This document shows, piece after piece, positions 28,494-38,150 of a DNA stretch of 64,000 nucleotides (positions are counted from its first letter, which is position 1; every line of letters begins with the position of its first letter). The stretch is from a virus. Position numbers and translations under genes: made by a program. Below the pieces are notes generated by a model. That model saw only the letters and a program-made list of their open reading frames with translations, did not search any database and was not told where the DNA came from. Where the stretch lies: positions 1 through 64,000 of the IMG/VR virus record IMGVR_UViG_3300025313_000944; one strand, written 5' to 3'.

Positions 28494-29336
28494 ATGTTCT
28501 TTATGCCAGAGATCGAAGCCAGATACACGAGTGAGCAACTTTTGGCTTTGCCAAATTCTTACCTTAAAAGTAGGAAGAATGGTGAATATAGTTCAGCCTG
28601 TATTGTGTGTGGTGGTGAGGATAGGTTTCAATTTTGGCCCAGTGTTGGTAATTATTTTTGCCGGCAATGTGGCTTGCGAGGATTTGTGGGTGATGCGCCG
28701 GCAATCAAAGATAAAACTTTGGCCAAGATCATCAATGATAAGTTGACCAGCATAACTCCCGAAGTTGTAACTTGGCGGCAATACCATTATGACTTATTGA
28801 TTAATGAATTGGCTTTAAATTATTGGTACAGAGAGTTGGGACCAGAAGCAGATAGGGCCATCGATCATTTTGGATTAGGATTTTGTGCAGACTATAAAGG
28901 TTTAGGTCCTAGTGTAACTATACCTATTAGTTATTCTGACAAGGTTTACGTAATCAAACATCGTTTGTTGGCACCGCCCAAGGAGAAATACATAACTGAA
29001 CCAAGTGGCCGAGGAGCTATGTTGCTCAACTTAGATGAAGCATTAATCTCGCCGAGAGTTATCATAACTGAGGGGGAAAAGAAAGCCATTAGATTGTGGC
29101 TGGAAGGTTATGTAGCAGTGTCACCTACCAATGGGGCTGATGGTTTCCAAGATAATTGGGCTATCTTCTTCTTGGGCAAGGAGGTCTATGTTATCTTTGA
29201 TCCAGATTCTAATGGGCAGAAAAATGCTAAACGAGTTGCAGACTTGTTAGGTGGAAAGGTAATTGATTTACCGGATAAAGTAGATACTTGGATTAACAGT
29301 GGTGGTAATATTAAGGAAATTCTAGGAGAGTGGTGA
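28494..29336 (+). CDS. DNA primase (Zn ribbon + TOPRIM)
   Basis: CIVCGGEDRF..YFCRQC; ITEGEKKA; FDPD. Confidence 0.85.
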   Translation: MFFMPEIEARYTSEQLLALPNSYLKSRKNGEYSSACIVCGGEDRFQFWPSVGNYFCRQCGLRGFVGDAPAIKDKTLAKIINDKLTSITPEVVTWRQYHYDLLINELALNYWYRELGPEADRAIDHFGLGFCADYKGLGPSVTIPISYSDKVYVIKHRLLAPPKEKYITEPSGRGAMLLNLDEALISPRVIITEGEKKAIRLWLEGYVAVSPTNGADGFQDNWAIFFLGKEVYVIFDPDSNGQKNAKRVADLLGGKVIDLPDKVDTWINSGGNIKEILGEW

Positions 29337-29337
29337 A

Positions 29338-29583
29338 ATGGACACAGGAAATTTTTGGCAATCGAAATATGACAATCTGGTTTCTAGTTTGACGGAGACG
29401 CAAAAGGAAGCTTTATCACAATGGTTGGATGGTACACCTTTGGTCGTTGAAAAATTTCCACACACCCAAGGTTGTAGTGTGGTAATTTATGGTGGAGATG
29501 AAGAAATAATTTTTGAATTTGATACAAAAGGAAATTTTGTAAGCCTTGATGCCTTTGAGGTGGGTAGGTTCGGATGGAAATAA
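29338..29583 (+). CDS. hypothetical protein
   Basis: 81 aa coupled ORF. Confidence 0.5.
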   Translation: MDTGNFWQSKYDNLVSSLTETQKEALSQWLDGTPLVVEKFPHTQGCSVVIYGGDEEIIFEFDTKGNFVSLDAFEVGRFGWK

Positions 29584-29783
29584 TTCTATATAGTCTATTG
29601 GGATTGAGTTATTTGGTAATTTTTTCTCTGTTGGTGACCTTTGTCAATTTGGTGAAAGGTGAAATCTATTGGTTGAGTTTATTAATAATATTATTCTGGC
29701 CCATTACTCTGCCGATTTTATTTCTGGTTTCATTGTTTCAGGTATTGTTGAGGAGATATATGGATGGACATCTATTTGGCTAG
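29574..29783 (+). CDS. small membrane protein
   Basis: two hydrophobic segments, LFWPITLP. Confidence 0.55.
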   Translation: MEIILYSLLGLSYLVIFSLLVTFVNLVKGEIYWLSLLIILFWPITLPILFLVSLFQVLLRRYMDGHLFG

Positions 29784-30207
29784 ACCGATAAATGGTTACT
29801 CTTATTTGGAAGTTATGGATTGGTATAAAAAGACACGAGGAGAGTTGGAATACTTTTATACGATCTTATCACCTATGAGCAACAAAGAAGCCTTGAGAAC
29901 AGAAACCAAATTCAGAGCACATGGATACGATAATAATCCAGTCTCAACCAATCACGCTATCATAGAACGAGATAGGTGGATGGTTTCCAGAGCAGATGTT
30001 GTCTTTATGGATTTGAGTAACACGGCTGAAGTATCTATCGGATGTATGATGGAACTGGCTTGGGCGCACCAGCTTGGTAAACACACCATTGTAGTTATGT
30101 CTGAAGATAATATACATCAACATGCTTTCGTTTTAGAGGCGGCTGATATTGTATTTACAACTTATGAAGATGCTATCTGGTATTTACAAGAGTTAATAGG
30201 AGGTTAA
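29764..30207 (+). CDS. nucleoside 2-deoxyribosyltransferase-like / nucleotide N-glycosidase
   Basis: IYLA.P, RD...V..AD, SIG..MELAWA..LGK. Confidence 0.8.
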   Translation: MDIYLARPINGYSYLEVMDWYKKTRGELEYFYTILSPMSNKEALRTETKFRAHGYDNNPVSTNHAIIERDRWMVSRADVVFMDLSNTAEVSIGCMMELAWAHQLGKHTIVVMSEDNIHQHAFVLEAADIVFTTYEDAIWYLQELIGG

Positions 30208-30208
30208 A

Positions 30209-30412
30209 ATGTGGGAATATTTAGCACCAGAATATCCAGCAATTGTAGATGTGGAAAATGAACCGAGTATTCGTGAATGTTTATCTAGCTTTGAAAGAGA
30301 TAGAGTTACAAATTTGTTAGACGAAATTCGTTCATTTATTATGAATAGTAAACCACTTCATGCATTATTTGCTTTAGATGAATTAATGAAAATTCTGAAG
30401 TTGGAGGATTAA
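30209..30412 (+). CDS. hypothetical protein, partial paralogue of next gene
   Basis: GGAGG RBS; shares MWE.LA and NLL.E.RS..FALDEL. Confidence 0.55.
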   Translation: MWEYLAPEYPAIVDVENEPSIRECLSSFERDRVTNLLDEIRSFIMNSKPLHALFALDELMKILKLED

Positions 30413-30413
30413 G

Positions 30414-30893
30414 ATGTGGGAAGATTTGGCAACTGGGGAAAGTGGCAATTTAGAATTAGAGCAAGCTTGGTTACGCAAAGCCAAAGAGGTGTTTGATCTC
30501 TTCTGTCAGAAACAGATCGGATATGGCCCCTTCAACATAGCTCAAACCAGAGAAACCGGTGTAACCATTCGATTGAATGACAAAATGAAACGGTTGCTCA
30601 CGTTACATCTTGGTGACAGAGAAAGTCCATTGGAGGATGAAAGTCTGCGTGATACGGTTTTAGACATAGCTGATTATGGAATTATTTGGTTGTTGTGCCA
30701 CGATGGTGATTGGCCGGAATATGAAGAGTTAGATTTGTCCGGTTTCGGAGAAAACAAAGTTGTTAATTTATTGAATGAAGTACGTTCATGTCTTAGAGAT
30801 CATGATTGTTCCCAACATGATCACGAATTGAGATATGCAAAGTTTGCTTTAGATGAATTAGAACAAATCTTCGGAGAGAATGAAAATGGATGA
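30414..30893 (+). CDS. nucleotide-modification-associated (DUF1599/Nmad1-like) protein
   Basis: K..GYG..N, IRLNDK..RL, ESLRDT.LDIADY. Confidence 0.7.
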   Translation: MWEDLATGESGNLELEQAWLRKAKEVFDLFCQKQIGYGPFNIAQTRETGVTIRLNDKMKRLLTLHLGDRESPLEDESLRDTVLDIADYGIIWLLCHDGDWPEYEELDLSGFGENKVVNLLNEVRSCLRDHDCSQHDHELRYAKFALDELEQIFGENENG

Positions 30894-31269
30894 GATACAA
30901 AAGGGAGTTTTAACTTTCCATAAAGAAACAGGTTTGTATTATGCCGATAAACCAACTATGTTACCTGAACGAGAAATGAATATCTCTATTCGTTTAATCG
31001 AGGAAGAGTTCGATGAGTACGTAGAAGCTTATGAAAAAGACGATATAATTGGTATGGCTGATGCCTTAGGTGATCTACTGTATGTGGTGTATGGAGCCGC
31101 CGTCAGGTTGGGAGTGGATATGTCGAACATCATGGAAGAAATCCAACGCAGTAATATGACCAAGACTGGCGGACATTTAGATGAGCGGGGAAAATTTATA
31201 AAACCGGAAACCTATTCTCCGCCAAGAATTCGGCAGGTGCTTGAATGGCAGGGGTGGGTAGAGAAATGA
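30880..31269 (+). CDS. MazG-like all-alpha NTP pyrophosphatase
   Basis: LIEEEFDEY, DALGDLLYV.YG, SNMTK, GKFIKP. Confidence 0.85.
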   Translation: MKMDEIQKGVLTFHKETGLYYADKPTMLPEREMNISIRLIEEEFDEYVEAYEKDDIIGMADALGDLLYVVYGAAVRLGVDMSNIMEEIQRSNMTKTGGHLDERGKFIKPETYSPPRIRQVLEWQGWVEK

Positions 31270-31466
31270 GAAAATTTATCTTGGGATTGTTAATGGTATT
31301 ATTCTTAACTTCGGGAGTGAATGTGTCGCAAGGCTGTCAAGCTTATAAACAAGTGCGTGTATGCAGAGGCAACATCTGCGAATATAGGTGGGAATGTGTT
31401 AGGTACGCAAATAGGTACACCCCACCGTTGCGTCAACCCAGACCTAATAGAATACCCAGACGATAA
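31266..31466 (+). CDS. secreted four-Cys cationic peptide
   Basis: signal peptide MRKFILGLLMVLFLTSG; C-x8-C-x4-C-x5-C; Pro/Arg tail. Confidence 0.55.
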   Translation: MRKFILGLLMVLFLTSGVNVSQGCQAYKQVRVCRGNICEYRWECVRYANRYTPPLRQPRPNRIPRR

Positions 31467-31483
31467 GTTGAAGGAAGATAATC

Positions 31484-32105
31484 ATGAAAAAGGAGAATGA
31501 TGCCTTGGTGGATCAGAAATACAACATCGTGTTGGCCGATCCGCCATGGCGCTGAATGCTTCAAAAACTGGTCTATGTCTGAATTAGTCAAGCGTGGGGA
31601 AAAGTGGGCACGCAAGAATGGTAGAAGTCCTTATCCTGTCATGCTGACAGAAGATATCGCTAAGTTGCCTGTATCTAATTTATCTGCGAAAGACAGTGTA
31701 TTATTTCTGTGGGCAACTTATCCAAAACTTGAAGATGCTTTATATGTTATGAAAAGCTGGGGTTGGGAGTACAAAACGGTTGCCTTCTCGTGGGTAAAAT
31801 TAAATCCATCTGGTGTAGGTTTCCACTTCGGGTTGGGGTACTGGACAAGGCAAAATCCTGAATTATGTCTACTGGGAACTAGAGGTCATCCCAAGCGGGT
31901 GAATAATTCTGTACCCAATTTGGTTATCTATCCGCGTGGAAAGCACAGTGCCAAGCCACCTGAAGTCAGAGATAGGATCGTTAAATTGATGGGTGATTTA
32001 CCGCGCGTAGAGTTGTTTGCCACAGAGGTAGTAGAGGATTGGGATGCCATTGGAGATCAAATAGACGGTCATGATATTCGTGAGGTATTAAATGAAACCA
32101 TTTAA
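31484..32105 (+). pseudogene. MT-A70 adenine methyltransferase split by stop plus +1 frame change
   Basis: 31484-31555 reads MKKENDALVDQKYNIVLADPPWR*; LFLWAT, WVK, GLGYWTR.N.E, HSAKP, ELFA follow in the +1 frame. Confidence 0.75.
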
Positions 32106-32304
32106 AGTACACTATAAGCTGAGTGAAGTTCTTAAGGGTGAACATTTCATTCAACGTGGATTAGTTCTTTACCGCAAGACTGAAGATGGTTACAAAGTGG
32201 TAGACACTGCTTTCGGGGAAGACCCCAACTTGGAAATTGAACAAGATGAAATAGTAGAAATAGTAAATCCACACGAGTGGTATTATACCACGGAGGAGAA
32301 TTAG
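32092..32304 (+). CDS. hypothetical protein
   Basis: 70 aa, GAGGT RBS. Confidence 0.5.
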   Translation: MKPFKVHYKLSEVLKGEHFIQRGLVLYRKTEDGYKVVDTAFGEDPNLEIEQDEIVEIVNPHEWYYTTEEN

Positions 32305-32305
32305 G

Positions 32306-32617
32306 ATGGCTACAGTAGAGGTTTTTAATTATTTGAATGAAGTACCTGGTATACATTTGGCTTTACCAACGCGGTGTAAGTTGCCAGAATGTTATAGCAT
32401 GGTTTATTTTCCATACCATGTTTGGCGGCTTACTCTCAAGGAGAATAATTATTCGATGTTCTGGTTGTTTTGTTGTGAAGATCATAAAGCTAAATGGTTA
32501 GAGTTAATGTATAGTCAGTTCCACACTAGCATGGGTATAATGCAGCATGCTATTATTAAAGAGTTGGAACGAGTAAAAAAGGCGGCTGAATTATTGGAGG
32601 TTGAAAGTAATGGTTGA
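32306..32617 (+). CDS. hypothetical protein
   Basis: 103 aa, GGAGGAG RBS. Confidence 0.55.
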   Translation: MATVEVFNYLNEVPGIHLALPTRCKLPECYSMVYFPYHVWRLTLKENNYSMFWLFCCEDHKAKWLELMYSQFHTSMGIMQHAIIKELERVKKAAELLEVESNG

Positions 32618-32752
32618 GTTGGCTTTATTTTTGGCTGGATTTTTTGTAGGGTCGTTCATCTTCGGTTGGTTATACGCCAACGAGCGTGATAAAGTTAAAG
32701 AATTGACTGTTTTACTTAACACCCGCTTGGGTGATATTGCTAGAAAGGTTAA

Positions 32753-33160
32753 ATGATGATTAAAGAGTTGCTACTTACAGGGTTGGTATTAGCCAGTTGT
32801 GTGTCTTCTCAACCTCCAGTTAGCCCGGTACCAACACCGATTGTGTGTGATGTAGAGTGGGCTGATTTAGAGTATAGCATTCCGCTCTATCCGGCGGGAG
32901 AATACTTGCTTACCTTTGAAGCCAAATCCGTGGAACAATATGGTGAGCATGCTTTGGTAGTTGGTGTAGAAGTTAACACCGGTCAGGTAGTCGAGATGGG
33001 TGAGTATCAAGGTGAGTTGTTGATAGTTGGAACCCTCTATACAGTACGAGCCATATTCATGTCCTCCCAAGATGGTAGACCTATCTTCGCTTTAATTGAG
33101 GTAGTTAAGGTGGAGAGTGTAGTTGAACCTACGCCGGCTATTATAGGAGACCAGGTTTAA
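32753..33160 (+). CDS. lipoprotein
   Basis: LVLASC lipobox followed by Pro-rich PPVSPVPTP. Confidence 0.65.
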   Translation: MMIKELLLTGLVLASCVSSQPPVSPVPTPIVCDVEWADLEYSIPLYPAGEYLLTFEAKSVEQYGEHALVVGVEVNTGQVVEMGEYQGELLIVGTLYTVRAIFMSSQDGRPIFALIEVVKVESVVEPTPAIIGDQV

Positions 33161-35181
33161 TGGAGCATAAGCTTACGCCAATGGCAGAACAAATCCTACA
33201 GAAGAGATATGTTCATTCTGCTTTGGGAGAAAAGGATTGGAGTGACGTTGTCGAAAGAGTGTTGAATCATGTCATCCCACAAGAAAAAGATAAATACCGT
33301 GAGATTTTACTTGAACGCTATTTCGTACCCAATAGCCCTACTCTTGTTAATGCTGGCTCCTCTAATCTTAGCCTTTCTGCTTGCTATGTTGTACCTTTCG
33401 AGGATTCATTAGAAGACATTGCACATACTAAATATGCTTTTCTTAAAGTGTGCCAGAAAGGTGGTGGTTGTGGTACTACACTTTCTAATTTAAGACCTCA
33501 AGGAATGCCTGTTGCTGGTAGTGCTCACTCTATAGCAGCAGGGCCGATTGGATTTTTTAGTTCTATTTGTAGAGATATGGAAATTATGTCGGAGACTAGG
33601 TTCAGACATATGGCCATGATGGGTACGATGAGTTGTTCTCATCCTGACATAGAGAAATTCATTTTGGCTAAAACTGAAGAAGGTACATTACCAACCACTA
33701 ACATCTCAGTGATGGCTACAGATGAATTCATGCAAGCAGCCATTGATGGGGAAAATTGGTTAGCTGCGTTCTATGGCCCACACGATACGAGTATATCCAG
33801 AACCTTCAGTGCCAAGCGACTGTTAGATTTAATAGCCAAACAGGCTTGGCTTAATGGTGAACCTGGTTTGCTGTTTGAAACCAGAATAAATGAAGACACA
33901 CCATATAAATATTCTGGTCAATATATTTATGCAACCAATCCTTGCGGTGAACAACCGTTGCCACCATATGGTGTTTGCAATCTTGGCAGCATTGATCTCA
34001 GTAAATATTATAAATCATATATATCAGACTTGAGTAAAGTTATAGATTGGGAATTGTTGGGGCAGCACATAAGATTGGCTGTAGAATTTCTGGATAATAT
34101 AATTGATGTTTCGGTTTGGCCTTTGCCGGAAATAGAAGAGTGGGTTAAAGACAACCGCCCAATCGGTTTAGGTGTTATGGGTTTTGCCGATCTGTTACTA
34201 ATGATGGGTATAGAATATGGAAGTTTGGAATCAATCAATTTGGCCGAAGATTTGGGTGAATTTATTTATGAGGTTGCCCACAAAAGAAGTATCGAGCTTG
34301 GTCAAGAAAGAAATATACCACAAGCATGTAAAGTATTGCCTGAACCTAGACGTAATGTTACTATAATCTCTGTGGCCCCAACGGGCACTATCAGTCTATT
34401 AGCCGGGTGTAGTTCTGGCATAGAGCCAATTTATGCTCCTACAACAATTAGAACGGACAAGACAGGGACTTATACGCTAAGACATCCTTATGAGACAACA
34501 TCTTATTTCAAGTCAGCTATAAATGATGATCCCAACAAAGTCGTTACGTGGAAAGAACACATCGACATTCAAGCAGCTTGGCAAAAGCATTGTGACAGCG
34601 GAATCTCCAAGACAATTAATTTCCCCAACACAGCCACAGTGGATGATATTCGGGATGCTTTTGTATATGCTTGGCGCTCTGGCTGTAAAGGCGTTGCGGT
34701 CTATCGAGATGGTTCCAGACAGGAACAAGTTCTGAGTCAGAAAAAATTTTGGCCAAAGAATGAGCCGGTTACACAGGAAATTACACCCAAAGAGAGACCC
34801 TATACTTTAGATTCAAAGACTGTCAAGGTGACTAATGGTGGTGAGGGGAATGTTTACATCACGGTATCATACCAAGACGCTGCACCCAGAGAGGTTTTCG
34901 TCAATACTGCAAACCTACTTCTACATGAAGTTCAAGCCAGGGATGGCTTTGCTAGGTTATCTTCTTTGGCTTTGAAGTATGGTGTTCCAATCACAGAATT
35001 GATAAAAGAATTGAGACAAATTCCAGCCCAATCTTTGAAATCTGTACCTCTAATGATAGCTAAAGTATTAGAAGAATTAGAAATGCCGCAGGGTACCTGC
35101 CCCAGTTGTAAAGTTGGGGTATTAGAAATGGTTGAAGGTTGCAAAAAATGTTCAACTTGTGGCTTTAGTGAGTGTAATTAA
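33160..35181 (+). CDS. nrdJ: class II (B12-dependent) ribonucleotide reductase
   Basis: PNSPTL.NAG, SAC, TNPCGEQ, CNLGS, APTGT, SKTIN, YRDGSR, C-terminal Cys ribbon; no beta subunit in window. Confidence 0.93.
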   Translation: MEHKLTPMAEQILQKRYVHSALGEKDWSDVVERVLNHVIPQEKDKYREILLERYFVPNSPTLVNAGSSNLSLSACYVVPFEDSLEDIAHTKYAFLKVCQKGGGCGTTLSNLRPQGMPVAGSAHSIAAGPIGFFSSICRDMEIMSETRFRHMAMMGTMSCSHPDIEKFILAKTEEGTLPTTNISVMATDEFMQAAIDGENWLAAFYGPHDTSISRTFSAKRLLDLIAKQAWLNGEPGLLFETRINEDTPYKYSGQYIYATNPCGEQPLPPYGVCNLGSIDLSKYYKSYISDLSKVIDWELLGQHIRLAVEFLDNIIDVSVWPLPEIEEWVKDNRPIGLGVMGFADLLLMMGIEYGSLESINLAEDLGEFIYEVAHKRSIELGQERNIPQACKVLPEPRRNVTIISVAPTGTISLLAGCSSGIEPIYAPTTIRTDKTGTYTLRHPYETTSYFKSAINDDPNKVVTWKEHIDIQAAWQKHCDSGISKTINFPNTATVDDIRDAFVYAWRSGCKGVAVYRDGSRQEQVLSQKKFWPKNEPVTQEITPKERPYTLDSKTVKVTNGGEGNVYITVSYQDAAPREVFVNTANLLLHEVQARDGFARLSSLALKYGVPITELIKELRQIPAQSLKSVPLMIAKVLEELEMPQGTCPSCKVGVLEMVEGCKKCSTCGFSECN

Positions 35182-35346
35182 AATGGGATTATTTAGTAAA
35201 GCTAAAGAAATTGAAATTGCTGTGGAAAAGATTGCCAAAGCTCTACAGTCCGGTGTTGAAGAAGTTGCCGAGATACAACAAGCCTTGAATGATGTATCTA
35301 AAAGTTATGCCAAATTGAGTAAGATTTTGGATAAGAAAGGTAAACA

Positions 35347-35544
35347 ATGAAAGATTATAAGGAAACAACTTCGTTTGAAATCTATGGGGAAGATGACCAA
35401 CCACTATCTTTAGAATTTAAATGTCCAATTTGTGGTGATCATATTTATTGGGATGAAGACAAAGAAGGGGATGTTTGGATAGTTACTTGTCTTAATTGTT
35501 TCAATGCAATTGATGTTCATTTGAAATTGGTATTGGAATGGTAA
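35347..35544 (+). CDS. small zinc-ribbon protein
   Basis: CPICG..CLNC. Confidence 0.5.
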   Translation: MKDYKETTSFEIYGEDDQPLSLEFKCPICGDHIYWDEDKEGDVWIVTCLNCFNAIDVHLKLVLEW

Positions 35545-35545
35545 A

Positions 35546-36067
35546 ATGATTTGGTTCACTTCTGATCACCACCTAGGTCATGCCAACATAATCAAGTACT
35601 GTAATAGACCGTTCTCCAACGTAGAAGAAATGGACCAAGAGTTGATCCGGCGCTGGAATGAGGTGGTAAACCACAACGATATAGTTTATCACCTAGGAGA
35701 TTTAACCTTGGGGGATGCCCGCGTTGCCCGAAATTATGTGAAGCAATTGAATGGCAATATCCGAGTTCTAGGTGCAGATTATCACCACGACAAACGTTGG
35801 ATACATGGTGCTCAGATCGAATCCAAAAGCGGAATAAAATTAACCGTGCTTCAGCCGGTAGAAGTCTTGCTGGGTTTGTTGGAAGTGCCCATAGTGTTAT
35901 GTCACTTCCCATTCGCAATATGGGATAGAAAACATTTCGGATCAATCCACCTCCACGGCCACAGCCATTGCAATTATAAAGGTGAAGGTAAAATCTTGGA
36001 CGTTGGTGCAGATTGTTGGAGCTTTTATCCAATGTCTCTAGATGAAATTAGAAAGAGGTTTGAATGA
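35546..36067 (+). CDS. calcineurin-like metallophosphoesterase
   Basis: SDHH.GH, HLGD, CHFP, LHGHSH, DVG.D. Confidence 0.88.
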   Translation: MIWFTSDHHLGHANIIKYCNRPFSNVEEMDQELIRRWNEVVNHNDIVYHLGDLTLGDARVARNYVKQLNGNIRVLGADYHHDKRWIHGAQIESKSGIKLTVLQPVEVLLGLLEVPIVLCHFPFAIWDRKHFGSIHLHGHSHCNYKGEGKILDVGADCWSFYPMSLDEIRKRFE

Positions 36068-36438
36068 AGATAGGAATTGATATTGATGGTACGCTGACCA
36101 AATACCCAGAATTCTTTATGGAGTTGGGTAGGTTATTTCGACAAGCGGGACACAAAGTTTATTTGATTACCGGGTTGGGTGAGGATGGTTTGAATAAACG
36201 CATAGATAAATATTGGGGCAACATTTTTTTGGATGATTCCTTCTATGACCATATTTATACTACAGCTTATTATAATTCGGATGAGATAAAATTAATAGGT
36301 ATAGAACCGGACAATGAGAAAATAGTTGGTAGATTTAAACAAAGAATGTGCAAAGAGTTAGGTGTAGATATAATGTTTGATGACCAAGCTTCTACTCATA
36401 GAGAGTTTGGCGATGTGCCTATATTTGAGGTGAAATAA
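36064..36438 (+). CDS. HAD-family phosphatase
   Basis: DIDGTL, LITG, K, FDD. Confidence 0.8.
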   Translation: MKIGIDIDGTLTKYPEFFMELGRLFRQAGHKVYLITGLGEDGLNKRIDKYWGNIFLDDSFYDHIYTTAYYNSDEIKLIGIEPDNEKIVGRFKQRMCKELGVDIMFDDQASTHREFGDVPIFEVK

Positions 36439-37196
36439 TGTCAGAACAAATTTATGTTAATGATTTAAGACTTGATGGTGATTCGACTTTTTCTCTTGTC
36501 CCACGCTGTACTACGTTTGAGGATATCAACCGGTACTTCTTTACTACTATTGATCGCCAGTATGGTTGGGATTTGGCTCCCAACGGGGAACTAGTTTTTA
36601 AGTTGGTCGGGTTTAGTATACGAACTGGCCCATCTTTCTTTAATAAAGTTATGAAGCCAGACGCTACCCCATTGCCTGGGGTACTGATGAATGCTTACTA
36701 CCCCAATTTTCAGGCAGACCCAAGTTGGGAGCCACTACCACGCTACGAAGCCCGTGCCTTCGGCGACTTTACGAATAGTGAGGGTGTTTGGGGATTGGCT
36801 ATTGGGGGATTGCTTCTAAATTTAGAAGGTAGAAAAGGGCCACTGACGTTATGGCCGTTCATTGGTGCAAATAATACTCCACCTAGATACAGTGATGCCG
36901 TTCGCAATGTCGGTTGGTACCCAGCTACCGACCACCTAGCGGTACACCCAGAGTGGCAAATCGTTATGAAGACGGGTGGTGTTACACCACCTAGTGGTAA
37001 CACCGGTCTGTGGCTGTACAAAGATGGTCAAGCTTATGCTTTCATTCCGGCAATCGGCGGGCAACCACCCACCTCTGGATTTAATGGTCTGGCTTTCGAC
37101 GATGGTACCAATCTAGCTTGGCACGTAGAAGGTCAGCTTGGTACGCCGGAAACAAGAAGCCTTTTCGCCAGAGTGAGAGGTTGGCTAAATGGTTAA
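36438..37196 (+). CDS. hypothetical Gly/Pro/aromatic-rich protein
   Basis: 252 aa, GAGGTG RBS. Confidence 0.6.
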   Translation: MSEQIYVNDLRLDGDSTFSLVPRCTTFEDINRYFFTTIDRQYGWDLAPNGELVFKLVGFSIRTGPSFFNKVMKPDATPLPGVLMNAYYPNFQADPSWEPLPRYEARAFGDFTNSEGVWGLAIGGLLLNLEGRKGPLTLWPFIGANNTPPRYSDAVRNVGWYPATDHLAVHPEWQIVMKTGGVTPPSGNTGLWLYKDGQAYAFIPAIGGQPPTSGFNGLAFDDGTNLAWHVEGQLGTPETRSLFARVRGWLNG

Positions 37197-37452
37197 GAGA
37201 AAGTTGATGCCTTTCCCCAAAGCCGAGCAACCAATTGTCTTGGTAATAAATAGATTTGAAACTCTATGTGGAGAATGCAATAAGAATATAGACAGTATGG
37301 CTAAAGTCTGCAAATTTTGCGGAGCCAAGTTTACCCATTCAACTACAACCTGTCCACTGACTTGGATGGTGAGCAATGTTCAAAACTTGAGAAAAGATTT
37401 GGCTTTTATATCCAAGGAAGAATTGGTAAACTTGGGAAAAATTTATTTGTAG
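37189..37452 (+). CDS. zinc-ribbon protein, last of rightward operon
   Basis: CGEC..CKFC. Confidence 0.55.
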   Translation: MVKRKLMPFPKAEQPIVLVINRFETLCGECNKNIDSMAKVCKFCGAKFTHSTTTCPLTWMVSNVQNLRKDLAFISKEELVNLGKIYL

Positions 37453-37599
37453 TTTGAAAAAAATTCTGGGCAGAAAATCGTGCCTTTTATAGAATTCTGA
37501 CTTTCTGTTTATCACCAAGCTTAGCTAATAGGTATAGCTATAAGATGCTATAGGAAGAGATAAAACGGTAGCATACCCCAAGCGGCTATGGGCAAAAGA

Positions 37600-37629
37600 A
37601 AACCCCCACCCTACTTAGGGTGAGGGTTT
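37600..37629. terminator. hairpin between convergent operons
   Basis: AAACCC.CACCCTA-CT-TAGGGTG.GGGTTT with A-run on the left. Confidence 0.7.
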
Positions 37630-37842
37630 GATCCCTACATATATGTATGTAATGAGGGCTCCCTATTGGTTCGACCTCTGTATTTTATAATCCAACCACT
37701 TGGTATCATTTGTTTGGATTTTGTCAAAGCTTCTTCTCTATCCTTTCCATCTTGGACTATCCAACCATGTTGGCCTGTATTTCCCCAACCGTGACCGCCG
37801 TCAACACACCTGATTAGGAACATGTAATTCATTTTTTTCTCC

Positions 37843-38139
37843 TTAAGTATAGAATAGGTTGCCCGCTTCCGAGTTCCAGCGGTGCAACTTGACCACCTCT
37901 TTATAAATAGCACTTCTTTCAGCAGCGGTAGATGGCTGACCACCTACAAAGAGTGGTTGATATTTTGCTTCGATTTCTCGTTGGAGTTCTAACAGCTTGG
38001 CCAAGTATTCCTCATTAGCCAGCATTAGGGTTTGGAAATCTTCAGCAGAGACCGGGACTGAGTAACCTTTTTCATCAACGGTGTCAATAACCAGGTAACT
38101 GTTATCCTTGGTGTCGATTGGTGCAAATTGCAAATCCAT
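37843..38139 (-). CDS. hypothetical protein, paralogue of 39029-39325
   Basis: shared ED..TL.LA..EYL.KLL.LQ..I..KY.P...GGQP.T..ER.AI. Confidence 0.65.
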   Translation of the reverse strand: MDLQFAPIDTKDNSYLVIDTVDEKGYSVPVSAEDFQTLMLANEEYLAKLLELQREIEAKYQPLFVGGQPSTAAERSAIYKEVVKLHRWNSEAGNLFYT

Positions 38140-38150
38140 TTTATTTCTTC

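Noticed and set aside
31497-31559. ORF-track N-terminus MMPWWIRN for MT-A70
   Set aside because: The catalytic DPPW lies in another frame starting at 31484
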